64,000 nucleotides of DNA from Dehalococcoidia bacterium (GTDB lineage Bacteria; Chloroflexota; Dehalococcoidia; Lucifugimonadales; GCA-2712585). Numbering within the stretch: position 1 is the stretch's first letter; each line of letters starts with the position of its first letter. Below are positions 55,138-64,000 of the stretch, piece after piece. The translations under genes were made by a program, and so were the position numbers. Location of the stretch: assembly GCA_965261665.1 (NCBI GenBank), contig OZ253467.1:150576-214575 (forward strand). Reading direction: 5' to 3'. Under the pieces are notes generated by a model. It was not told where the DNA came from, did not search any database, and was given only the letters and a program-made list of their open reading frames with translations.

Positions 55138-56436
55138 TCAGATCGCTTCCGCCATCACCACGTCTCCCCTTACCTCCATCAGGCGCACCCTACTTATTTC
55201 ATTCACCATTGACGCAGCCAACTTAGACTCCACCCCCAGATAGTTGTCCGTTAATCCACCGAGCACACCCGACCTGACCTCCCGCTCCCACAAAACAGGA
55301 CGCACACTCCCCAGCGCCCTACGTCGATAATCCGACGCCTTCTCGCGCGCCATAGTCAACATCTCGTTCTTCCGTCGCTGTTTCAAACGGGGCGGCGTCA
55401 TCGAGTCCATGTGTGCCGCACTGGTGCCCGGCCGAACCGAATAGGGGAATACGTGCATTCCGGCCAGGTCCACCCCCATGCACAATTCCAAGCTCCGCCG
55501 GTGGTCCTCCTCCGTCTCTCCAGGAAACCCCACAATGACATCCGCCGTAACAGAGGCGTGGGGAATGGTCTCGTAGATTCTTGAAGCCGTCCGACGGTAC
55601 TCCTCGGCCGTGTATCGCCGTCGCATGCGGCGCAATACAGCGTCGCTACCACTCTGTAAAGGCATGTGGAAATGAGAGCAAAGCCTGGAGTCCTGCCACA
55701 GGTCAAGTAGAGCGGGCGTAATCTCCTGGGGCTGGAGAGAAGACACCCTCAGCCGCTCGACGCTGGTTTCCGCCAGAATCCTCGCGACGAGGTCCCTTAG
55801 CCCGACGTCCTTGGGAAGGTCGAAGCCATAAGAACCCAACTGGGTGCCCGTGAGTGCCACCTCCTTAAATCCTGCCTGCACCCGCCGATCCACCGCCTTA
55901 ACCAGCTCATCAAGCGGAATGCTGCGCTCCCGACCCCTCACCTTGGGCACGATGCAGTAGGCGCAAACCTGGTTGCACCCCTCCTGAATCTTCACCATAG
56001 CGCGAGTTCGTCCCAGGCTTTCCTGGGCAACGGCATCCCCTGCACCCTCAGCGCAAGACACGGTCTTGACGGTCCGAAAACGCTGCACCTGCGCCACAAT
56101 TTGCGACTTTTCGAAGTTGCCCAAGACCAGATCCACCCCGGCGATGCGCTTGAGCTGCTCCGGCGCCCTTTGAGCGTAGCAACCAGTAGCCACCACCATC
56201 ATAGCCGGGTTCCTGCGGCGAGCGGCGCGGAGAGCCTGTCTCGCCTTGGCGTCGGCTACGTGGGTAACCGTGCAGGAGTTAAGCACGTAGATGTCCGGCC
56301 CGTCGGAGAGAGCAACTATTCGATAGCCCGCCGAGACGAACCGGCGGGCCAGGGCCTGGCTGTCCGCCTGGTTCAGCTTGCAGCCGTGGGTTTCAATTGC
56401 CACGGCTCCGCTATCCAATACACCGGTCAAAATCAC
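55138..56436 (-). CDS. mtaB: tRNA threonylcarbamoyladenosine methylthiotransferase
   Basis: T.GCKLNQADS, NSCTVT..AD.K.RQ, TGCYAQ, KIQEGCNQVCAYC, H.FPYS.RPGT. Confidence 0.93.
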   Translation of the reverse strand: MILTGVLDSGAVAIETHGCKLNQADSQALARRFVSAGYRIVALSDGPDIYVLNSCTVTHVADAKARQALRAARRRNPAMMVVATGCYAQRAPEQLKRIAGVDLVLGNFEKSQIVAQVQRFRTVKTVSCAEGAGDAVAQESLGRTRAMVKIQEGCNQVCAYCIVPKVRGRERSIPLDELVKAVDRRVQAGFKEVALTGTQLGSYGFDLPKDVGLRDLVARILAETSVERLRVSSLQPQEITPALLDLWQDSRLCSHFHMPLQSGSDAVLRRMRRRYTAEEYRRTASRIYETIPHASVTADVIVGFPGETEEDHRRSLELCMGVDLAGMHVFPYSVRPGTSAAHMDSMTPPRLKQRRKNEMLTMAREKASDYRRRALGSVRPVLWEREVRSGVLGGLTDNYLGVESKLAASMVNEISRVRLMEVRGDVVMAEAI

Positions 56437-56782
56437 CGCCTCATAAAAGAATGGATTCGCCCGTCGAGAAGAGATGCGTCAGATTCGTCCATACTGCATA
56501 GCAGCGCCGCTCAGTATGCGCGTCTGGCGCGCCGCATCCCTAAACTGACTTGTGGAAACCCCTCTTGAAATATGATATCGTAGGCTATCCAAGGAATCCA
56601 TCGTCAATAAAGCCATGCACGTGGGCTTTTCAACTATCGGCCAGTAGCAAAGGTTGCCTATTTCATTGAGCCTTTCCTATCTGTATAATACGCTAAGCCA
56701 TTAGGCGAAAAGTCACAATTGCCTATGGGGAAAATATCCCCTTCCCAATACAACACACTAAGGATAACCGGAGGTTCCTCCA

Positions 56783-58405
56783 GTGTCTCGAATTAAAAGA
56801 GTAGTCTTGGTACAACCCAGGTCCCCGGGCGGCAACTTCGAATATGTGGCCATCCCTAGGCAGGGGATGCTCTTCCTTTCTGGCGCCCTGGCCCAGTGGG
56901 ATGGTCCCTACCTTTACGAGCGGGATATCTGGTTCGAAGACCGCAGCGGCAAGATCGACCCCGATAAGGACTTGGAGGGTGTAGACGTCCTCCTGATTTC
57001 CGCCCTCATCAACGAGGTTCCCCGCGGCTACGAAATAGGCCGCATGGCCAAGGAGTTCCACCCCGAAATCATCACCGTAGGCGGCGGGCCCCACATGGGC
57101 CCACTCCCTGACGAGGCTTTCCGCGAAGGTAATTTCGACGTTATCGTCCAGCGGGAAGGCGAAGACATCATCGGCCAGCTCTTGGACGTTCTCCTCACCT
57201 TTCAAGGGGACGAACGGGACAAGTGCTTGGCCAAGATTCCCGGCATCACCTACCAGGTGGAAGGCAACACCACCCAGACCCGCCGTGTCGGCGTCATACC
57301 TCCGGACCTGGTGGAACTGCCAGACTTCTACTCCATTCGCGACCTGACTTCCTCCAAGCCTTTGGTAGGCGGAGTCATGGAGACTGTCCGAGGCTGCACG
57401 GAGAATTGCACCTACTGCCAGGTCATTCAGCAATTCCTGGGATATCGGATGGTCAAGCGGGAAACCGAACTGAAGCGGCTGGCCCAACTCCAAGAGATGG
57501 CTGCCGACGGGCTCATTCACACCAACAGGGGTGGTAGATTCAGCGTATTTCTTTCCGACGACCTTCACCCGCCGCCCCTCCGGGCCGTCAAATACCGAAA
57601 CGAGCGGCTGGAGCGCATCAAGGAGTGGAAGGGCTACTCCGACGATATGTACCTCATCTGCCAGACCCGCGCGGAGATAGGCCAAGACCCGGAGCTCTCC
57701 CACGCTCTGCGAGAGATCGGCATGGAGATGCTCTACGTGGGCGTGGAATCCTCAGACGCCAAGAATCTCGAACTGGTTAACAAGCGACAGGACCCGGGTC
57801 AGGTGTACAAGGACCTCATCAACCTGAACGAGATGGGATTCAGCATCGTCGCCATGACAATCATCGGCCTCCCCTACGACACGGAAGAGGGCATAATGGA
57901 GATGGCCGACTGGGTAAGCCAGATTAGCCGGTACCAGACCGCCAATCTGCTAACACCCCTTCCCGCCACCTCCAATTGGACCGACCTGGTGCCATTAGAC
58001 GCCAACGGAGAGGTTCTCGGCGAAGGAGAGATGCGTCCCTATCACCTCTACACTGGCCGCCAGTTCGTGTTCCAGGACCACCGCTGGGGGATGGAAGAGT
58101 CTCGCCGCATCTTCAACAAGTTCCACTCCAAGCTCAACCCGGTGGACGATCTCTACGCCAGGCTCTTCCGCCTCGTCGAGCGGTATCGTATCCGGCTGGC
58201 CTCCAAGGGGGAGGAGCTTTCCGGCAGGCTCACCCACCACCGCAAAGAATTGGCTGCCACCAGCAAGGAGTTGAAGGGTTCGATCTCCACCCGGGTTAAC
58301 GAGTTTGGGGAGGCCATCAAAGACCGGCTCGACTCCTCCAAGAACCGCATTCTCACCAGCAACTCCTTGAAAATGACCCCGCCGAAGGCGGCGAGCCAAG
58401 AGTAA
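56783..58405 (+). CDS. Cobalamin-binding radical SAM protein
   Basis: N-terminal Rossmann-like B12 domain (VGGGPH, EGE), RGCTENCTYC, YVGVES, IIGLPYD. GGAGG SD. Confidence 0.88.
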   Translation: MSRIKRVVLVQPRSPGGNFEYVAIPRQGMLFLSGALAQWDGPYLYERDIWFEDRSGKIDPDKDLEGVDVLLISALINEVPRGYEIGRMAKEFHPEIITVGGGPHMGPLPDEAFREGNFDVIVQREGEDIIGQLLDVLLTFQGDERDKCLAKIPGITYQVEGNTTQTRRVGVIPPDLVELPDFYSIRDLTSSKPLVGGVMETVRGCTENCTYCQVIQQFLGYRMVKRETELKRLAQLQEMAADGLIHTNRGGRFSVFLSDDLHPPPLRAVKYRNERLERIKEWKGYSDDMYLICQTRAEIGQDPELSHALREIGMEMLYVGVESSDAKNLELVNKRQDPGQVYKDLINLNEMGFSIVAMTIIGLPYDTEEGIMEMADWVSQISRYQTANLLTPLPATSNWTDLVPLDANGEVLGEGEMRPYHLYTGRQFVFQDHRWGMEESRRIFNKFHSKLNPVDDLYARLFRLVERYRIRLASKGEELSGRLTHHRKELAATSKELKGSISTRVNEFGEAIKDRLDSSKNRILTSNSLKMTPPKAASQE

Positions 58406-58498
58406 CCAACGGCAACGCCCGCTTCGGCATGTCGTGCCAAACTTAGAGCCTCTTTCAACTAACGAAGGCGGCCCATTCGACTATGAATGCTGCGATTT

Positions 58499-59755
58499 AT
58501 GGCTAGCGAACAAAACCGGGTATTTGTCACCGGCATGGGGATTATCAGCCCCCAAGGTCTTGACGCGCCCTCCACCTGGGAAGGCATCAAGTCGGGAATG
58601 TCCGGCGTCGACCGGATTTCCGCCTTCGACACTGCCGGTTTCAGCACCCAAATTGCCGCCGAGGTTAAGGGGTTCGACCCACAGGCCCACATGGACAGGA
58701 AGCAGGCCCGCCACACGGACCGGTTCACCCAGTTCGCCGCCGCCGCCGCCCAAGAGGCACTGACCCAAGCCGACCTGAACAACAATAACCATGTGAATAG
58801 ATACCGCATGTCCGTCCTGGTGGGTAGCGGCATCGGCGGAATTCTCACCCTTTCTAGCCAACAGAGCGTCCTCTCCGACCGAGGTCCTCGTCGGGTATCC
58901 CCCTTCCTGATTCCCATGATGCTTGGCGACATGGCCGCGGCCCATCTGTCGATGATGACAGGCGCCCTCGGTCCCAACTTCTGCACCGTATCATCCTGCT
59001 CCAGCGGGGCCGACGCTATTGGCGCCGCGGCAGGCCTCATAGCCCGAGGCGAAATGGACGTAGTGTTGGCCGGCGGCAGCGAAGCCCCCATATGCCCCAT
59101 CGCCGTGGCCGGCTTCGGAAACATGCGCGCCCTTTCCAGGCGTAACGACGAACCGCAGAAGGCCAGCCGACCCTTCGACGCCAAGCGTGATGGCTTCGTA
59201 ATCGGCGAAGGCGCAGGCATTCTCGTGCTCGAGAGCCATGACAGTGTCCTGCGGCGCGGTGTGCAACCCCTGGCGGAACTAGCGGGCTACGCATCTACCT
59301 CCGACGCCTTCCACGTCACCGAGCCTTCTGAAACCGGCGAAAGTGCCGCCAGCGCGGTAAAGCTCGCCCTCCGTCGGGCAGGATTGGAACCTTCCGAGGT
59401 AGACTACGTAAACGCCCACGGCACCTCCACGCCCCTCAACGACAAGCAGGAGACCCTGGCCATCAAGCTCGCCCTGGGAGAGGACGCCTACCGAGTCTCC
59501 GTAAGCTCCACCAAGTCGATGACGGGCCACCTTCTCGGCGCCGGCGGCGCCGTAGAAGCAGGCATCTGCGTTCTGGCCTTGAGGGAAGATATCGTGCCGC
59601 CCACCATCAACCTGGAGATCCCCGACGTTGACTGCGACTTGGATTACACGCCCGAGTCGGCCCGCTCCAAGAGCATTCGATCCGTGGTTAGCAACTCCTT
59701 CGGCTTCGGTGGCCACAACTCCGTGCTGGTTTTCACCCAAGCCGAAAACTTCTAG
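58499..59755 (+). CDS. fabF: Beta-ketoacyl-ACP synthase II
   Basis: RVFVTG.G, SSCSSG, SRPFD..RDGFV.GEG, NAHGTST, KSMTGHLLGA, NSFGFGGHN. Confidence 0.95.
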   Translation: MASEQNRVFVTGMGIISPQGLDAPSTWEGIKSGMSGVDRISAFDTAGFSTQIAAEVKGFDPQAHMDRKQARHTDRFTQFAAAAAQEALTQADLNNNNHVNRYRMSVLVGSGIGGILTLSSQQSVLSDRGPRRVSPFLIPMMLGDMAAAHLSMMTGALGPNFCTVSSCSSGADAIGAAAGLIARGEMDVVLAGGSEAPICPIAVAGFGNMRALSRRNDEPQKASRPFDAKRDGFVIGEGAGILVLESHDSVLRRGVQPLAELAGYASTSDAFHVTEPSETGESAASAVKLALRRAGLEPSEVDYVNAHGTSTPLNDKQETLAIKLALGEDAYRVSVSSTKSMTGHLLGAGGAVEAGICVLALREDIVPPTINLEIPDVDCDLDYTPESARSKSIRSVVSNSFGFGGHNSVLVFTQAENF

Positions 59756-59857
59756 CCATTTCTCCCTCCGCTAGACCGAAAACGGACGCCGATACACGTC
59801 CGCCCCCCAATAGGCCCACGCCATCAAAGCGCTATCCGACCAGTCCGCCAGCGATCC

Positions 59858-61525
59858 ATGAATAAAACTTGGCGGCTGTTCCCGCCGGCACCGCCTGAGT
59901 TCGCCCGTGCCTTTGGACTGTCACCGGTGGTGGCACAGGTGCTCCACAACCGCGGCGTCTCCACACCGGAGGAAGTCAACTTCTTCCTGCAAGGCCCGGC
60001 GGAACCCTTCCACGACCCCAACCTGCTGCCTCATATGACCCCGGCCGTGACGCGTCTGTCGCGAGCCATCGAATCCGGCGAAGTTATCGGCGTGTTCGGC
60101 GACTTTGACGCCGATGGTGTTACGGCCACAGCCATCCTGGCCCAAGGACTGGAAGCCCTTGGCGGGCAGGTCACCCCCTACATTCCCCATCGCGTCGCAG
60201 AAGGCCATGGCCTGAACATGGAGGCTGTGCAGGCCCTCAAGGTTTCCGGCGTGTCCGTCATCGTCACCGTGGATTGCGGCGTCAGCTCCGGCCGGGAGGT
60301 CGAATTCGCCGCAGACCTTGGTCTGGACGTCATAATCACCGACCATCACACCCCACCTCCCACGCTGCCGCCGGCCCTGGCAATAATCGATCCCAAAATA
60401 CCAGGCTCCGTCTACCCCTTTGAGGAATTGACGGGGGCGGGACTGGCCTTCAAGCTGGTGCAGGGCCTCTACCGGCATCTGGGTAAAGAGTGGCCCCGAG
60501 AACTGCTTGCCCTCGCCGCTATTGGCACCGTCGCCGACTTGGGGCCTCTCCTCGGCGAAAACAGGGCCATAGTCAAAGCGGGCCTCCTCCAACTACGAAA
60601 AACGCCCCGCCCCGGCTTGAACGCCCTATACCGCCGCGCCAGGCTCTCTCCCAACGCCATCGACAGCGGGTCCATCGCATTCGTAATTGCACCCCGCCTC
60701 AACGCCGCCGGTCGTCTTCAGCACGCCATCTCCAGCTACCGCCTGCTCACCAGCGCCTCAGCCAGCGAAGCCCACAGCTTGGCCGAAACAGTGGAAGGCT
60801 TCAATAAGGAACGCCAGCGGAACACGGAGACCGCATGCCGGAAGGCGCTGGCCATGGCGAAGACGGACGAGCCAATTATTCTCCTGGCCGACGAGGAGTT
60901 CGCGCCCGGAATCTCGGGGCTGGTGGCCAGTCGGATGGTAGATGCTTTTCACAAGCCCGCGGTGGTCATGGCCCTCGAAGGCGACATGGTGCGAGCCAGC
61001 GCCCGCAGCGTCCCCGCCTTCAATGTCATCGCCGCCTTCGAAAAATGCCGCCCGCTGTTCCAGCGATTCGGAGGGCACTCCATGGCCGCCGGTTTCGTCA
61101 TGAGCCGGACCAACCTGCAGGAACTACGAGCAAGGCTGACTTCCATAGCCCGCGAGATTCTGGGCGACTGCCAACCCGCCCGCGTGCTGAAGATTGACGC
61201 CGAGGGACAACCAACAGACCTCATGGGCGAGACCTACAGGAGCCTTACCACTCTCGAACCCTTCGGTTTCGGCAACCCCAAACCCGTTTTTCTGGCCCGG
61301 CGCATGAAGATTCAGCTAGTCTCTAGAGTCGGCAGCGAAGGGCAGCACCTGCGGCTCAAGCTACGGGACGGGCGGGCTTCCTGGACGGCTTTCGCCTTTC
61401 GACAGGGAGACATCGAGCTTCCAGAGACCGGATTTCTGGACCTGGCCTACTCCCTCTCCACCAACTCCTGGAAAGGGCGGCACGTCATCGAGATGAAGGT
61501 GGAGGACTTCCGACCTTCAAGCTAA
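59858..61525 (+). CDS. recJ: Single-stranded-DNA-specific exonuclease
   Basis: GDFDADG, VDCG, TDHH, GTVAD, PRLNAAGR, FGGH..AAG, EPFG.GNP.P. Confidence 0.96.
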   Translation: MNKTWRLFPPAPPEFARAFGLSPVVAQVLHNRGVSTPEEVNFFLQGPAEPFHDPNLLPHMTPAVTRLSRAIESGEVIGVFGDFDADGVTATAILAQGLEALGGQVTPYIPHRVAEGHGLNMEAVQALKVSGVSVIVTVDCGVSSGREVEFAADLGLDVIITDHHTPPPTLPPALAIIDPKIPGSVYPFEELTGAGLAFKLVQGLYRHLGKEWPRELLALAAIGTVADLGPLLGENRAIVKAGLLQLRKTPRPGLNALYRRARLSPNAIDSGSIAFVIAPRLNAAGRLQHAISSYRLLTSASASEAHSLAETVEGFNKERQRNTETACRKALAMAKTDEPIILLADEEFAPGISGLVASRMVDAFHKPAVVMALEGDMVRASARSVPAFNVIAAFEKCRPLFQRFGGHSMAAGFVMSRTNLQELRARLTSIAREILGDCQPARVLKIDAEGQPTDLMGETYRSLTTLEPFGFGNPKPVFLARRMKIQLVSRVGSEGQHLRLKLRDGRASWTAFAFRQGDIELPETGFLDLAYSLSTNSWKGRHVIEMKVEDFRPSS

Positions 61526-61556
61526 TCGTGCGTCTAAGCCGCCCGTACCCCAGTAT

Positions 61557-62480
61557 CTAGGCGCCGCCCTCGCGGGCCCGGCGGCGCTGACCTGTTCTAG
61601 CCACCTGGGCCTTGGATAGCAAGACCGTTACCGTGATGCTCAGGACAATCAGGGCGATTATCTGCGACATGTCCAGTCCCACTATCCAGACTCTGTCCTG
61701 CCGGATGAAGCTAATGAAGAAGCGGCCCAGAGAGTAGAGAGCCAGGAAGGACACGAATACCATGCCGTCGGGTCGCAGCCGGTTTCGCAGGACGAACCAG
61801 AGAAAGCCCAGAACCGCCACATCCCATATCATCTCGTAGATCACCGCAGGATGAGAGGGCGTCAGGGAGGAGCGGCCCTCAGCGATAAAACTGTAGAGCC
61901 TCTGAGTCTTTTCGTGGGTGTAGACGAAGCCCCAGGGCAGGCTGGTAATGCGGGCGATGTGCTCACCGTTGATGATATCGCCAATGCGGCCGACAGCCAT
62001 GCTGAGAACGAGGGCGGGCGCGGTAAGGTCCGCCAGTTTGCCCACGGAAGGCATGGGCATCTTCTCAATGCGCCCCAAGAAGAAGAGAAACCGGTTCCAG
62101 AAGTTGATCAGCCCGTCTCGATTACGCACCAGTGCGTATATGGCGCCTCCGGCGAAGCCTCCGAGTACGGCGCCGTAGATGGCAATGCCCCCTTCCCAGA
62201 CGTAGAAAACGCTGAGAGGGTCATTCTGGTAAACACGGGTCCAGAAGTCCACGACGTGGACCAGTCGTGCGCCAACGATGCCACCCAGGATTGCCCACAC
62301 GGACACGGAAAGGATCGTGTCCGGCGGGATATTTTCTTTCTTGGCCCAGTAGGACACTAGGGCTACCGCCATGGCAACGCCGACAAAGGTGAAAAACCCG
62401 TGCCACGTCAGCACAAACGACCCCAGAGTAAGCATATCCGGATCCATGTCTATCCGGATGGCGTTCAAGATTCCTATCAT
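61557..62480 (-). CDS. lgt: Prolipoprotein diacylglyceryl transferase
   Basis: GARL.HV, WEGG..IYG, GRIG..INGE, HP..IYE, RF...F.R. Confidence 0.92.
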   Translation of the reverse strand: MIGILNAIRIDMDPDMLTLGSFVLTWHGFFTFVGVAMAVALVSYWAKKENIPPDTILSVSVWAILGGIVGARLVHVVDFWTRVYQNDPLSVFYVWEGGIAIYGAVLGGFAGGAIYALVRNRDGLINFWNRFLFFLGRIEKMPMPSVGKLADLTAPALVLSMAVGRIGDIINGEHIARITSLPWGFVYTHEKTQRLYSFIAEGRSSLTPSHPAVIYEMIWDVAVLGFLWFVLRNRLRPDGMVFVSFLALYSLGRFFISFIRQDRVWIVGLDMSQIIALIVLSITVTVLLSKAQVARTGQRRRAREGGA

Positions 62481-62525
62481 TCTAGAGTTCCTCTCTGGTC
62501 AAACCTGTGAGAGACCGCAACTAGT

Positions 62526-63431
62526 CTAGTTATCTTCAGTGCCCAGCGTCAAGTGAGGAGAGGCATTCGTTGTCTCGACGAGGAAGACCCGGTGGCCGCG
62601 ACGGACCAGCCCATCTCTAATTCGGCGCCCCTCCTCTTTATCAGCAACCAGGGTATAGAGGGCAGGCCCGCTTCCGGAAAGGCTAACGTGACGGGCGCCG
62701 ACGGCCTCCATGTCCAGCATTACTCCGTCGAGGCCAGGGAAGACGTCAAAGGCCACCGACTCAAAGACATTGTAAAGCGTCTGCCAAGAGAAACGCCCCC
62801 GCTCCATAGCGTTGACCAATGCTTTGGTCACTTGCCCCCGGGTATAGGACTCCCTATCCAGCAGGTCATACATGCGGCGAGTCTTCTCCTCTATATTAGC
62901 CAGCCGGCATACCATAACCAGCCACTGGTGAGGCAGAGGGGAAAGTCTCAGCAACCGGTCCCCCCTTCCCGTACCCAAGGCCGTTCCGCCTCCGACGAGG
63001 AAGGGAACGTCGGCTCCCAAGGCCCGGCCCATGTCCTCCAGGTCCGCCGCGGTCAAACCCAACCCCCACAGGCGATTGAGGGCTACCAACGTAGCCGCGG
63101 CGTCACTGCTGCCCCCACCCAACCCCATAGCCTCCGGAATCCCCTTCTCGATGGTTATTCGTGCACCGCCGACATACCCGGTCGCCTTTTTCAGAGCCAC
63201 CGCAGCCCTCCAAGCCAGATTGTCGGGATTGGAGAGAGCGGGAACGGAGCACTCCACCCGAATTTCGGAATCCGGGGCGAAGGTCACCCGATCGTAAAGA
63301 CTCACCGTCTGCAACACCGTGGCCACGTCATGATACCCATCGTCGCGGCGGCCCAAAACCTCCAGGGTGAGATTGACCTTGGCGTAAGCCAGCGCAGTCA
63401 GGGGAGTTGAGTCTTGAGGGGCCTCCGCCAC
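62526..63431 (-). CDS. ispE: 4-diphosphocytidyl-2-C-methyl-D-erythritol kinase
   Basis: AKVNLTLEV.GRR.DGYH, IP..MGLGGGSSDAAA, GADVPF, LSGSGP. Probable GTG start overlapping the rsmA stop. Confidence 0.94.
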   Translation of the reverse strand: MAEAPQDSTPLTALAYAKVNLTLEVLGRRDDGYHDVATVLQTVSLYDRVTFAPDSEIRVECSVPALSNPDNLAWRAAVALKKATGYVGGARITIEKGIPEAMGLGGGSSDAAATLVALNRLWGLGLTAADLEDMGRALGADVPFLVGGGTALGTGRGDRLLRLSPLPHQWLVMVCRLANIEEKTRRMYDLLDRESYTRGQVTKALVNAMERGRFSWQTLYNVFESVAFDVFPGLDGVMLDMEAVGARHVSLSGSGPALYTLVADKEEGRRIRDGLVRRGHRVFLVETTNASPHLTLGTEDN

Positions 63432-64000
63432 TATTGGCGTCCGCCAGTCTCTTCGCCGTCTGAGGACGGCATGGCATCTTCTGGCAAACTCTTGTAGAGG
63501 GAAATCCACTCCGAGACGGTCAGCGTCCCCGGTCTACGCCGTGAATCAATACCCACCCGTTGGAGGAGTTTTGACGCTTCAGCCCCGTTGATGCCAAGCC
63601 CCAGGGCAAGAGAATTCCGTAACTGCTTTCGGGGCGCGGCGAATCCCGCACGCGCCAGTCGGAAGAAGCGCGCTTCGTCGTCCACCCGCCCTCGTGCTTC
63701 CGGCTCCACGTCGATGCAAACCACTGCCGAATCCACCTTGGGCGAAGGGCGAAAAGCCGAAGGGGGCACGACGCACACCAATCGGGGCATACCGTAGAAC
63801 TGGACAGCCACGGAGAGGAGCGTCATGCGGCCTGGGGTTGCCGTCATGGAATGGGCAACCTCCTTTTGCACCATGACCACCATGCGAAGGGGCTGCCGTT
63901 CCATTTCCAGAAACCGCCGGATTATGGGGTTGGCGGCATAGTAAGGAAGGTTGGCCACCAGCTTGTAGGGGACGTCGGGTTGGATGTCCGCCGTACGGGC
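63431..64000 (-). CDS. rsmA: 16S rRNA dimethyltransferase, 3' part (truncated by the window end)
   Basis: VANLPYY, MVQKEVA, F.P.PKVDSAV, F..PRKQL.N.L. Confidence 0.94.
   Translation of the reverse strand, partial: ARTADIQPDVPYKLVANLPYYAANPIIRRFLEMERQPLRMVVMVQKEVAHSMTATPGRMTLLSVAVQFYGMPRLVCVVPPSAFRPSPKVDSAVVCIDVEPEARGRVDDEARFFRLARAGFAAPRKQLRNSLALGLGINGAEASKLLQRVGIDSRRRPGTLTVSEWISLYKSLPEDAMPSSDGEETGGRQ

Overview
This is a 64-kb chromosomal segment of a high-GC bacterium. It is most likely Chloroflexota, class Dehalococcoidia (SAR202-like). That assignment is an inference from the peptidoglycan-free rsmH-ftsA-ftsZ cluster running into nrdR-nrdJ, a luciferase-like monooxygenase, a GatA-like amidase and a large acidic surface protein. 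The backbone is housekeeping: secD/secF, CCA-adding enzyme, def, priA, rplS, trmD, mogA, rsmH-ftsA-ftsZ, nrdR-nrdJ, pdxA, proC, pepA, tRNA-His, tRNA-Arg, a betaine ABC transporter, mtaB, fabF, recJ, lgt, ispE and rsmA. Accessory pieces interrupt it: (1) a decayed type I R-M locus (amber-split hsdS, probable hsdR stub) still holding an intact DUF4365-like nuclease plus 380-aa partner pair; (2) a MORC/GHKL-nuclease + Vsr + C5-methyltransferase island after the tRNAs; (3) a small-ORF + DUF2335-like pair; (4) a strand-skew-inverted, frameshifted coiled-coil gene; (5) an M24-fold gene followed by a synonymously diverged duplicate of the upstream gene's 3' end. Intergenic regions carry mosaic stacks of at least four palindromic repeat families that are almost all co-oriented, an IS5-type MITE, and a separate ~135-bp structured element found twice. 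Unusual proteins include a 902-aa SecD with about six tandem SecF-P4-like domains and a betaine-binding lipoprotein with an eight-repeat helical stalk. No CRISPR array, rRNA, integrase or transposase was seen. All family assignments come from motif recognition by eye, not database searches.
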